64,000 bases of DNA, from NCBI RefSeq assembly GCF_006345805.1, contig NC_042998.1:123380001-123444000 (forward strand), given 5' to 3'. Positions 13,429 through 26,095 of this stretch are shown here, one piece after another (the stretch's first letter is position 1; each line of letters begins with the position of its first letter). This DNA is from Octopus sinensis. Taxonomy: Eukaryota. Under the pieces are notes generated by a model. It was not told where the DNA came from. It ran no database searches and worked only from the letters and a program-made list of their open reading frames with translations. The position numbers were made by a program, and so were the translations under genes.

Positions 13429-14455
13429 GCAAGAAGTGAATGGAGGAAAAATAAGAGGAAAAAGTTACCCGTTTGCGCTAGTAACCAATTAATCTAATTA
13501 ATTAATAACGGACAGCGGTAGTAAAAGTATATTTAAGAGTCATAAGAAATCCTATATAGAAGCCACGAAAAACCACATGATACTTCGCTACAAGGCACGC
13601 TAAACTAGTTTCAGGAATAGGAGTGAGCCAAATTCTACAGAACTAAGTAGCTATATCTGGGAGCTTAAGGACAAAAAATTAGAATTTAGATATTAGAATG
13701 GTGCATACTCGCAAAAACTACTTCTTACAACTCTACCAATAGACGGTGGGATCTCTGTTTAACCGAATGCCTGGTAATACTAACGATTAAACCGCCTCTT
13801 CTCAGTAGAATATATGACATCAGTATTTCCGCCTACGCTAGCTTCTTCATCTAAATAATAGCATTTAGCCGGAAACCACTTAAACTACTTACACGCAAAC
13901 ATTCACTTCATAAACTCTTACTCGCTTTACACACCCCATAAGAAACTATTTTACACCTAAACAGGGCTTCCTCCATTGTAAAGAACTTTCTACAACTTTA
14001 TGTGTCCAAAAAACACATAAATGCCTTACTCACCCCGGGCTGAGTAATCCGGAGAGTGTTAGCCCCATTTTTACCATGACGTAGACTTAACCCACTTTCT
14101 TTACACCGCCGGTGAAATGTCTAGCGAGAATAAACACGTGGAAAATATGCGCCTACTTAAACTTGGGACTACAGATCAAAATAACCTCCACCCTACATCC
14201 ACTTCGCAGCAGAATTATCAACTAAGAAATCTACTGTAATGTACGACTCACCACTCATTAACTTTACTCTCATTACCAATGTATCGCTATGTCTTTCGCT
14301 CTTCTCATTCTAATGATGTCTACCACTACAACTGGTAAACAGAAACGATAGTAAATGCGCTATTACTACTGTTCTATATTAATTGATTAAATTAATGGCT
14401 TACTAGCGCAAATGACTCACTTCTTCCTGTTATTTTTCCTCCATCTACTTCTTGC
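13429..14455 (+). mobile_element. Penelope-like element, 5'-truncated, with inverted pLTR arm
   Basis: GIY-YIG C-terminal peptide NSTELSSYIWELKDKK..WCILAKTTSYNSTNRRWDLCLTE at 13610-13780. 13429-13533 is an imperfect inverted repeat of 14354-14455. Both ends abut TA sequence. Confidence 0.8.
14306..14357 (+). ncRNA. Type I hammerhead ribozyme motif, core-mutated (G5A), in PLE pLTR
   Basis: Stem I CAUU/AAUG; core CUAAUGA (14310-14316); stem II UGUCUACCA/UGGUAAACA (one mismatch); GAAA 14342-14345; short stem III AC-GAUA-GU; cleavage triplet GUA 14351-14353. Confidence 0.75.
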
Positions 14456-14764
14456 ATATAATGTAAACAACGGTTTACCCGTTGAATTACCTGCTACCGT
14501 ATACCTTTTACCAAGGACTGTACCAACGCCGTTAATCACCCTTAAGTGCGGAGTTGCATAACACGGAGACATTCTTGTTAAGTGAAATAAAATTGTTCTT
14601 AGAGATTTTTAGAACTACGAACTTGATTATGTACCTGATAGAGAAAAAAATTAATATTGCTACAGAAAGATGAACAAAATGTTTGAAATTAAAACAAAGA
14701 GACACAATTGATGGACGCTCCTTAGGCACAGTTCTACTATTATTACCTGGATGGATAAGGCAAT

Positions 14765-14940
14765 GATGTGACACAACGGCTAGCACGTCGGACAAAATGC
14801 TTCACGTCATTTCATCCGTCTTTACGTTCTGAACTGAAATTCCTCCGTGATTGGCTTTGCCTTTCCTTCTGTCGAGGTCGAGTAAATAAGTACCAATTGG
14901 GCTGTTGATGTGATGTAATCCATTATTCCATTCCCCATCA
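14765..14940 (+). mobile_element. tRNA-derived SINE, decayed
   Basis: gctagcacgtcggacaaaatgctt..tttacgttctga..ctttgcctttc..gtcgagtaaataagtacc. Confidence 0.7.
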
Positions 14941-16949
14941 AATGCAAGAAATATTCTGCATTAGAAAAAATAATATAATATTTGATTAGAAAGACAAGTA
15001 ATGGAGAGTGCAAGAAATTTTAATGCTTTAAAATTATACCAGAACCGATTGAAAAAAATCGTTATATTCATATGTGGCAATGATGAAGAAAAACAGGAGA
15101 AACAATTCGGAATTTACCGTAATTAAAAGCAAAGCGATAACGCTAGACAGGTTTTTGTTTAAATATACCTCGTCAGAAAAACGTCAAACTATATTGCTAG
15201 ATATTGTAATGATTCGAACGATTATAGGTATTTCCTGTATGGAAGCTAGGTAATTGGCCTTATGTAACTGAATGTCTGCAGTGAGATAACTTATGCTTCT
15301 GCATAAGAAGCACTGGATAAAACAAACACTAAAATAATTGATGGAGTAAACCAAGAAATACAAATACAATTTATAGCCATAGTGATGATTCACAACCATT
15401 AATATCATTATTGATTCTGGTCAGAAGAACCAGAATTTAAGTTTTTAAAAGTCTTTTTGTAAATGAATTAAATGTCAAATATAGTACGGAGTGAGATTGA
15501 TCTTTGGCATGCATCAGTTTTATTCTGCAAAATTTACTGTTAAAATAAAATGTTGCTATAATGTGTAATTATTAAAAGAATTGAAATAAAACACTCGAGT
15601 CCTCTATTCCATTAACTATTTTGCCAAATAGCTAATACAACGCACATAAACAAAACAAACAGACATACATAAACATATACAAGGACACACATTTATTGGC
15701 ACATAAATAAACATACACTTATGTTTGTGTAGAAGTGTCTGTTTAGTTTTACTAATGAAAAAATACAAGAAATCCATTAGAATATTTGCAGATTTGCTTA
15801 CACACACGTTTGCGCAGGCGTCTCGAATTTTTCATTGGTATACTGACGAAGGAACTTGCGTGTTTGTGTTCATTTGTGTTGTATTTATTCGTTTTCTATT
15901 TATAGTTCTTTGTCGTCCGTGTCCTGACCTATTTATTCGTTCATCTCTTTATTTATTTATGTATACATACACACACACGCATACGCACAAACACACATAC
16001 ATACATATGTATCCATGTATATATATATATATGAGTGCGTATGTATGTATATATGTATGTATGTGTGCTTGCATGCATGTATGAATGAAAGATTGAATGA
16101 ATTAAACGTTTAGCGCATAGGGATGACAAAGGACTATAAACGGAAAACTAAATCCCCAATTTCTATAGTCCTTTACTTTCTATATTTTGATAGATTCTTT
16201 CATTTTCATACGCTTGGCGGAATTACTAGGGATTGCTGCTTAAGGGGTGGTAGTACTGCTTTAGGGAAGAGAGTCGCTTCTAAATTTATTTTTTTCACGT
16301 TGAGAAAATATTATGAAAAAGTGTAAAGCGCATACATATATTCCCATATAACTCTCTGTTTTCATGAGAAAATGTTCTTAAAGTCTCTGTTAGCTGTGGA
16401 TAGTACTGTTTCGTCCACTTTCTGGACTATTCAGTAAAACGTAACACAAGATTTTAAAATCAGTTTATCTAAATTTATTGAAAAATTCAAAACGATCTAT
16501 TTCTGTTCTTTTTTTTTTTCTTCTAACAGTAGAAAAATGTTCTCTAAATGTCTTTTTCTTGGCGTGAGCTCAGAGAATTGTTCCAGCATAGATTTGCCTT
16601 CTGTAATGGTTCTTTCTGTAGTTATATTTAATGACTTCAATGCGGACATATACAAAAGCCCTCGTAATTTATACGGTGATGGAAATAAGGAACGTCTGCT
16701 TGTATTTTGATTTTGCGTTACTACCGGAATGATTAAAGCCAATATAATTTTGTCCTATCACGCCATGGAACTTTGTCTCAGTTTCTGCTGATAACATTTG
16801 AAATCTGAACAGTATTTCATGGACACTAAGTGGAATTACTAGGAGTTAGTACTTAAAGCGAGAGAATCGCTCCTAAGTTTATTGTTTACATATATATATA
16901 TATGTATATACACATTTATACACCTTCTGTTCACATCATTATTTATATA

Positions 16950-17700
16950 TCTGTAATATCCGTAAACAACCGTATCTTAGGGCGTATGGGGGCAAATGTG
17001 TGAGTACGTATATGTGTACGACTGTGTGTGTGTTGTGTGCGTATGGACGTGTGTATAAGTGTGTGAGGGTAACGTGCGCGGGTGTGTGTTGTGTGTAGCA
17101 GTTAATGTGTGCTTGTTCACGTGGGGTGTGCACGTGTGTATGTGTGTGTGTCTGCGACCAAATAGTGTGCATGTGTATAGTGTATGTTTGTGGTTGAAGT
17201 TTATCTGTGTTTATGCGTGTTGCGTATGTTTATGTCTGTGCTCGGGTATTATGTGCTTGTATGGGTATCGGAGTGTACTTGATGTTGTGTGGTGTGTGTG
17301 TGTGTGTATGTGTGTGTAGTGATTTAAACTGTGTATGACTGTTCGCATTGTGGTATGTATGCGGACGCTATTAATGATTGTGAGTGGGTGTGCGGGTAAC
17401 GGTGTGTGGAAGTGTGGATATAATGGTGTGTGGTGAGGTGCTGAGAAGTGTTCAGTGCTAGTGTATGTGTGGAGAAGGAATGTGTTTGTGTGTGTGTGTA
17501 ATAGTGTGTGTGTGGACGGGTGTTTGTATAGTGGTGGTGTGTGTATGGTGAGTGTACCGAGCTAGGCAGTATGCAGGCATGTAGGTAGAGGAAGCAGTTC
17601 AATGTGGGAGGTGTGTCGAAACCCGTGTGGGGTTGGTGTCAGATGAAGAGAGGTAATTAATTAAGCCCATAAAGTGCAAATGAACGAAGAGGGAAGATTA
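16950..17700 (-). mobile_element. Penelope-like element 3' end (last codons plus CA-rich 3' UTR)
   Basis: Minus strand LIFPLRSFALYGLN..cttcatctgacaccaac aligns with 60120-60190 (NFSLRSFAPLGLN..ttcatgtgacaccaac) and is followed by the same CA-rich low-complexity UTR. Confidence 0.65.
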
Positions 17701-18559
17701 ATAGAGATAAGTCAGTAGACATGTGTGTATGTGTGCGTGTGAATATTGTAAACTTGCTGAATTTTTACCAAAGAAGAATGTTTTTGGTACAAAAGCATGT
17801 AGCATAATAAAAAAAGCGAGTCGAGCAAAGTTAAATAACACATAAGAAAAATATGAAATATGAATTAACATAAGTAACATTTGTCAGACAGTGGTAAAAT
17901 TCTTCCCAAAATCGGTAAATAAAGCAACTGAATATTAAGCAACACTTAAATATATTGTAAAAGCTATGTCTCTTTTTACCCAACTTAAACCTGTTAACAT
18001 TCGTATAATATCACATTTAAATAAAATACTGAATAATCTACTAGAAAGTCATGCCTCTCTAACAGAAAACTTTACAATCTATTTTGAAATATGTGAAATA
18101 TGTAAAACCAATAACACTGTATGAATAATATATCATCTTTAACAGATGCCTAAAAATCGAATTTTAGGCCCGAAATGTGTTGTTTAAAAATGTTACTCCT
18201 TTGCTCTAATTCTATTTCGCTTAGCAAAATTATCGTATCTGACATAATTTTTACCATCTCCCAAGCTGAAGAGACATTTCTTCTGCAAATTTACCCCCTC
18301 TGTCTCCGTGTCTCTCTCTCTTTCTCTCTCTCTCGCACACACACACATACACACACACAATCTGCACAAACATACACACTCAAACACCTACACTCACCCT
18401 CCGACTCTCCCCTCTGTAGAAGGGTGGAGATAATTTACTAGAGAAAATTTAGCTAAGAGAAATAAAATTGAATGAAAGCAGTAAAATATTTCGGGGTAAA
18501 TGTCAATTTTTTGTCTTCTATTAAATATGCCATATTATCTATACTGTTAGTTGTTTTGT

Positions 18560-19140
18560 ATAACCTACGTGATCTTGTTCGTAGCTTCTTCCTCCTGCTT
18601 GGCACCCAGCCTGTCTCTTTTCCTTGCTCTCGCTCACATTGCTGCATAAGCCTTTCCAAAAGACCTATCCTCACCAGCACTCACCACCACCCCTACTATA
18701 ATTGATTAATTCCCCTGCACCTCCAGTAATGTAATCCACTGTATCTTATGCTGACTGTAATTTCCTGTACACTGGCCAAACTGGTTGCATGTGCTTAGCC
18801 AATCGCTTTACCGAACGTCTCCGGGACATCGAACTAAAACACAGAATACACACACACAAATCAACTCCATTCTCATATACACTTTATTCAACAGCCCCGT
18901 ATACACACCAACGGATCACATGGTTACATATACTCACACATACATGTATAATCACACATAATTTTCACACATAAATACGCATAATACACATGCACACAAG
19001 TGTCACACGCACCCAACAGTGACACACGCACACAACAGTGTCACAGGCACAGAACAGTGTCACACACGCACACATGCACACACACACACAAATACACACA
19101 TTAGGCACAAATACACGTACGTACGCATATGTCCGACTGT
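18560..19140 (+). mobile_element. Penelope-like GIY-YIG fragment plus CA-rich UTR
   Basis: NLRDLVRS..FPCSRSHC..FPCTSSNVIHCILC..LYTGQTG..LANRFTERLRDI, homologous to 59880-59990. Confidence 0.75.
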
Positions 19141-19479
19141 CTTTTGCATACACCTAAAAACGACACAAGAACTCAAGCGCAATCCTGTCACATCACCATC
19201 GGTGGTAGTAACGCCAACACCACGACTAGTGATTACCACCACAACGACAACAACCGCTGCGATATCGCTAGATTCAGGCCTCGTAATGATAACAACATCG
19301 AAGGCAGCACCATTGGCACCACGGCAATAGCATCTCTAGACCTGGAGTCAACCGAAGATGAACCGGAAATGTGAGCACAACCAGCAGCAAAGTCTGGAAA
19401 TATATCGCATGAGCGGGGCCGGCCTTGGAGTGACGCGTGTACAACGAACATTCGTCTTTCAGGATTCCGGAAAGACGAT

Positions 19480-19650
19480 TCGTTATATCCCTGGCCATCC
19501 GCCTGTGGCGCTCAAAGATGAAAGGACTCCACACGATATCAAATGGAGTATCATAAATCGGCTGGGACCCTACACTAACGGGAGCGGATATTGAAGGTTT
19601 TGTATAGCTGAACGAACGAGTATCCTCAAAGATTCCCCTAAACTACAGTT
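19480..19650 (+). mobile_element. Penelope-like GIY-YIG C-terminal fragment (second family)
   Basis: LKDERTPHDIKWSIINRLGPYTNGSGY*RFCIAERTSIL, the same motif class as 13640-13780. Confidence 0.7.
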
Positions 19651-20399
19651 ACTGTACTCTTTCCAGGACAGTTACAGTCTCTACATCTATTTCAAATGCT
19701 ACCTGCTGCAAGGATAGGGTTCCCCGATTAGACTCTGAATGGTCCTTACAAACTAGAGGCAGCCCAAAGGCAAAATTCTTTCCTCCCCGGTTTTGATCCA
19801 GAGGGATTGGTCTATGAGAGACCCGGTATATTTATTCTCTAGTGACTTACTAACCAACTGACCTGCCACCCAGAGATGAAGACTTATGCTTGTCTTCGGC
19901 TTTAGAGTCCATCTAGACGTCCATGGGACTAAGCTCTTTGTGGATGCGGAACCATTTGTCACTCCATGGCCAGACATAGACTTAACTATTTAGAAATACA
20001 TTACTGCTCTATGCTTTAGATTATGCTTCCTTTTCGGTTGTATGGTTATATGATACATTGATGCATTGTTACATATATTTGGATATATGCATATAGTTAT
20101 ATATATGTGTGCGTGTGTGTGAATATGTGTATGCGTGTGCATGTGTATGTGTGAATGTGTGCGTGCGTGTGTGTATAATTATATATATAAACTAAACAGT
20201 GGTCTGATGAACTGCTTGATCACTTTTTCAGCTCTAAATTTTATGACCTTACTTTTCTTCGACAACATTCAATGGGAAGAGGAATGACTTACCTGCATTG
20301 GTAATTATGGGCCTACTAGTAAAGTTAACATTGATCTTACAACTCTGTGTATAAAGATACAGTTACATACATACATGCATACATACCCACTCATATATT

Positions 20400-20436
20400 T
20401 CTATATATATATATATACATATATATGTGTGGTATG

Positions 20437-20532
<96 letters not shown>

Positions 20533-20637
20533 CATATATATGTGTGGTATGTATGTATATATATATATATATATAATATATATAATATATATACATACAT
20601 ACATACACACACATATATATGTGTATGTATGAGTGTC

Positions 20638-20697
<60 letters not shown>

Positions 20698-20803
20698 CAT
20701 TTTCTATTCCTGACTTATTCTATTCCTGAGCGTTGTACTAATATATCTGTTTGTTTTGTATACCACCTGTCTTCGTCTTTTGTTTTTTTCGTGAACTCTC
20801 CCG

Positions 20804-20870
<67 letters not shown>
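20400..20870. repeat. Compound (TA)n microsatellite block
   Basis: Long TA runs with a duplicated catatatatgtgtggtatgtatg interruption. Confidence 0.95.
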
Positions 20871-23378
20871 GTGTGAATTTGCCACGTGCTGCGTTAATAA
20901 AATTAATGCAATTTATGTACATATCTGTATACTTAACAACATGGCAAATTGAAAACAGAAACAATGAATATGTCTGAAATCTATTCAGAAGCTTTTAAAT
21001 AGCGCGAGGATTATACTCCACTAACGTAGGTGAGTGATTCCTAAGTCATTTACATATCTTCGCTCAATGACCTTTTAGTATCTTAATCGAACATATGGCA
21101 AATAAGCAGTTCTAAATTTATGTGCCATTTGTCCTATTTGTAGCAAAGTATATTGTAGCTGGCTTGTCGTTATCTCAAAGACATTATAATTATCATCACT
21201 CCAGTCTACAGTTACTTTATCATTGAACGACATTAGCTATATTTAGGTAATCTGTCTATATCAATTCCATTCCCTCATAGCATTGAGACATTCAACTCTT
21301 ATTTGATTCAGTACTACTTCAAAGTTTCTCTTGTTGCTAAATAAATCCCAAACTTTTAGTGTTCCAGTCATAATAATAACAATTGATACAGTCTTTCATT
21401 GAAATCTATTAAGATCTGAATTTAATGCGTTCAGAACAAGGTTTCTAAGTTCTCACCTTCCAGTTTTTAGGTCAGCTTTATGTCTGATATCGTTATATTT
21501 TCTAATGTTGCAAAGGAATGGAGAAACGTCATGTTGACAGCTCTGTTCATCGTTTAGAAAGAGAAGAAACATATATGTGAAACGTTATACAATAAAGCAT
21601 AGAAGCAAGAGATGAAATTCCTAAAATTATTATATTTGGCATCTATGAGATGTTGAAATTCGTTTTCGTTAATCAAAAAGTTATGTGAATTATCAACAGG
21701 AAGTTACAGAAGTCGAGTTTTGCAGTAACTGGCAAATATCACGCATCCTCTGCAAGATATAGAATGAAGACCTCTATCATATTAACAAGTTTATGGATTG
21801 AAAAGCAAAGTTCGTTTCTCACATTAGCACAAACCCAGAAATGTATAAGCAATGATATATTTTATATGATTGACTACAGATTTTAACTAGCGTTTATCGA
21901 TTCAATATAGACAAAAGTCAAAGAAAATCGATGCTGGACTTGAACTCAGCATATTAAAGGGTGCAGCTAAATGCTACATGATGTAATTTAATGGAGTAAC
22001 CAAGTTTCGACTACTACTCCAAACTTATTTTATCGTACATATTAACGAGAGACAAGAGAACTAAAATAAATGTATCGATCAGTAATATTATGCTAACATT
22101 AAGAGGTACTCGCATATGACAAACACTTTAAACAACCTCAGAATCTGTTTCAAGTAACTGGATGAAATTAAAGAACATTTTTTTTTCTCAAGAAAGGAGA
22201 AAGTCTACGAAAGAATATCACTTTGTTTCATGTAAACCTATGGAATTTCGATAGAGTCAGTTCTGAACAAACGCAGCATAACATATATAACATACAATTG
22301 ACACATTAGATACTTAGAGCAGAAATATATAAGATTAATCACTACCTGCTAATTTTCTTAAGCTATGCCGAGATCACCTTTAACTTCCTTAACTACGTTC
22401 TGGATGAAATGGCCTAAGGCATACTATTATACATAGAAGTTTTCACAAAGGTAAATAAGATACTTGCAGCAAACGGCAGGACCAACTAACTTACATTGCT
22501 TATAATTAAAATATTTGACAGAGTGCCGGATAAGGAATATCCGATTATCTGAAGAGCAACAACTATCGCATTTCAAAACAGCATGGTTATATATTTGTTA
22601 GATCGTATAGATCTATACGTGTGAAGCGATATTCTCTATGTTTTGGAAAAGGGCTCAAGCGGGCTTGTAATTTAACCTGGCTTTAGTAGACCTTTTGACA
22701 GTTCATCGTAGTATTACACAGTAGAAACTACCCAGCATAGGAGGAAATAAGGAAGAAATATGTAACATGCGGCTCAATGCGACGTATTGTATTGGAAGGA
22801 AGACACAGTCTCAGCAAAAGTTAGTACTTACGTTCCCTAACGCACTATGTTCCTTCAAATTTATATATAAGTCAAAGGAGATATCATTAAATATTAGAAT
22901 CTGTGGGTGTGTGTTTGTGTATTTGTGTATGTATGTATGTGTATTTTGCATGTATGTATGTATGTATAAACAAGCTTTTGAAGGTTTTACAGACATTTCG
23001 AAATTATAATGATCTGATGCTAAGTGTTTCCAATCCCTATATATATATATGCATGTGTAAGAAATAGGATCACATGTGGTCGTATCGTGTAGGAAATACG
23101 ATCGCACGTGGTTCTACTCTTACGAATTATTACAAGCCATAAATACATGCAGTAACAATAGAACATAAGTGGCTTGACAACAAGTCTTCTGTTTGAGATA
23201 TAAACATTATTTATTTTACAATCGTGTCAATGTTAGGAGTTTGTAAACGTTATCATGTATGTACGCATGCAACACGTGTTTGTGTCTGTGTGTTCGTGTG
23301 TATGAGAGAACAAACAAGGTGAATGCGGTTGACATAGAAAAGTACGAAGTACAGAGTTAATAATGGAATTTGGCTTAC

Positions 23379-23970
23379 AGTTTGTGTGTCAAAGATGTTA
23401 GAGGCGACTCGAAGTCGATACATGATGATGGAGACGGTGAAGGTAGTAGGCTTTCTGTGATACTGTACATTAGCGTCGTAGCAGGAACAATCGTATATCG
23501 CTTGGTTGAGTAACGCTGTGGCCTAAAGTTAGCTCTTAGAAGAACTGGAACTAAAAGACGAAAAGTGTCTGAAAACATTCCTTTATATACCGTTTGGGTG
23601 GCTCAAACGAACTTCAGAAATGGATTCTTACCAAAGGCCGCGATTGGTTGGCTTGGAGCAATGGCGCGAAATATGTAGAGACAGACCGCGACACATGTCA
23701 ACCAGTGGCGCGAACTATGTAGAGACCACTCGTGTCACATGTCAACCAGTGGCGCGAACTATGTAGAGACCACTAGTGTCACATGTCAACCAGTGGCGCG
23801 AACTATGTAGAGACCACTCGTGTCACATGTCAACCAATCAGGTTAGTGTTTACAACAAGAACAAGTTGGCCAAAGATGGCTGTAACCTCAAACGAGATCA
23901 TTTCTGCCTTGCCTTTCAAACAGTGAAGATATTAGAAATCGCTTTAGTCATATTTCAAAATGGCTGAAAC
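23379..23970 (-). promoter_or_regulatory. Promoter-like island (TATA, CCAAT, E2F-like, E-box and YY1-like motifs) with a possible first exon
   Basis: Minus-strand TATATAAAG at 23581-23589 and CCAAT at 23643-23647; TTTCGCGCC at 23663-23671; plus-strand CCAAT at 23834; AAGATGGC at 23873 and AAAATGGC at 23957; minus-strand donor ct|GTAAGC at 23379/23378. Motif-based only. Confidence 0.35.
23662..23836. repeat. 44 bp minisatellite, about 4 copies
   Basis: Unit tggcgcgaactatgtagagaccactcgtgtcacatgtcaaccag; three near-identical copies plus a diverged first copy; bracketed by inverted gattggttg (23642) / caaccaatc (23831). Confidence 0.92.
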
Positions 23971-24028
23971 TGCCATGCTACATATGTATACATACATACA
24001 TACATACATACATACATACATACATACA

Positions 24029-24060
<32 letters not shown>

Positions 24061-24851
24061 CAGGGATTGGAAACGCTTAGCATCATAGCATCATAATTTC
24101 GAAATATCTGTAAAACTGTCAAAAGCTTGTTTATATTTCACGGGAGGGATGCAATCAGGAAACCACTACTTTCAATAACAAAGGCTGCAAAGCACTTAGA
24201 GTGGAGTAAAAACCTACAGAAATAGTCCCTAGAGCGGTGGAAGAATGTTACTTTCTCGGACGAGTCATCCTTTACCTTATTTCCGACTACCGGCCAAGTA
24301 TACGTGTAGAGACAGCCAAAACAAGCATTTGGCCCAGTTGCCTTATTCCAACTGTTAAACATGGAGGAGGATCTGTGATGAGCAGGGGGAGGGGTGTCTA
24401 TATCTTGGAAATCCACCGGCCCAATGGCAAAATTAATAGTCAAGTTTAAGCATTTCATCTGATCAAATTTGTTCTATGGTTGTGGAACTAATTTCGAAGG
24501 GAAACGAAATCTTTTAGGATGATAATGCACCAATTCACACTGCTAAAGTTGTTACTGAATCGCACGAGGAGCATGCTAGTGAAGTTGAACATCTTACCTG
24601 ACCACCACAGTCCCCAGATCTCAATATCATTGAAGATTTATGGTGCATTTTAGAAAAACAAGTAAGGTGTCGATATCCTTCACCATCATCACAACTAGAA
24701 CTGGAGACTGTTTTAGCTGAAAAGTGGACAAAAATTATTTTGTAAACGGTTCAAACTTAGTATGAGTCCATACCACATAGAATTCAAGCTGTAATTACTG
24801 CTAAATTTGTTTGAAATTTGAAGGCGTTTCCATTATTTTGTCCAAAGCCTA
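24061..24851 (+). mobile_element. Tc1-family DNA transposon, internally deleted
   Basis: Peptides FSDESSFTL, PTVKHGGGSVM, DDNAPIHTA and WPPQSPDLNIIE (DD34E). Imperfect TIRs (the left lacks 12 nt between tgga repeats) with TA flanks. Confidence 0.88.
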
Positions 24852-24932
24852 TATACATATACATATACATACATACATATATATATATACATATATATAT
24901 ATATGTATATATATATATACATAAATATATAT

Positions 24933-24964
<32 letters not shown>

Positions 24965-26051
24965 CACACACACACACACACATATATACATACATACATA
25001 CGAACGTATCTATGAATTAGGTATGTAGCAGTTACTATATGAACGCGATTATTAAGGCTTGACTGTCGGGACATTTTTTTTAGATCATAATATTTTTATA
25101 AATCCATGTTCCAAGAAATTTGCTGTAATTTCGATTTCTGAACTTTATTGAATATTTGAACTAGAAGTTTTTCGCCAAAATAAATATTCGTTGCATTCAC
25201 TGCAGAGTAGATTTAATAAGCAAAATTAACTCGTTTCAGGTGAAATTTTCCGTTTTCTTTTGCAACAGCCTCTGACTCTCACTATCCTTTATTTTCAATA
25301 ATTATAATTTAATATATATTCATTTCAATGTTTTCATTTCAAGTTTTAATTTGCTATTTGCAGAATCCACAGTTTATTCTATATACGTAATGTAAAAAGA
25401 AAATATTTATTAAATGAATGCTATTAGACAAAATAGATGCACAACTTTGAGGCTTCCATGATATACCATGCCGGTTTAATTAAAAGAAAAATTAAGAAGT
25501 AATGTTGTTGGTATGTCTGTTTTGAACACTCTATGCCTTACAATATTTACTATGTGATTGCTGCTATTTCTAGCACGCTAAGAGTACTAGGGTTACGTTG
25601 AAGCTGCTTTAAATTACAGATATTCACAACTATGATAAATTTCTGAAAGAAATATGTACTAAGCAAGTGAGATTTTGTATAACTTGAAGTTTTTGGGAAA
25701 ATTTACTGAATTTCCTTCTATTATTGAATATTTCAAGTTCACAAATTTAAATATTCCGTACAAGATAGTTTACCATTCTTTCGCTTGAACCCGCATATTT
25801 CGTTAATTTATATTTATTTACTTTTTTCGTGCCGTGTTCAAAATTATGCATTTTGTAGTCAGTCATATACGCATACGTGTTTTTGTGTGTACGTTTGTAT
25901 ACATTTATGTGTGTGTGTGTGTGAATGTGTGTGTGTGTGTGTGACAGAGAGAAAGAGAGAAAGAGACATTGTAGGGCTGTTTTTTCTTGTATACGTACAT
26001 ACATAAATACATATGTATAAATCTTTTCGGATGTATGTGTGCGTGTGTGCA

Positions 26052-26095
<44 letters not shown>

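Noticed and set aside
14532-14795. 87 aa hydrophobic minus-strand ORF resembling a membrane-protein tail
   Set aside because: It begins inside the antisense strand of a SINE, has no recognisable motif, and its composition fits AT-rich non-coding DNA.
19452-19478. 9 bp inverted repeat tcgtctttc..gaaagacga
   Set aside because: It is an isolated short hairpin inside decayed PLE sequence with no supporting context.
23662-23836. Regular repeats that could be mistaken for a CRISPR array
   Set aside because: The units are contiguous with no unique spacers, there are no cas genes, and the context is eukaryotic. It is a minisatellite.
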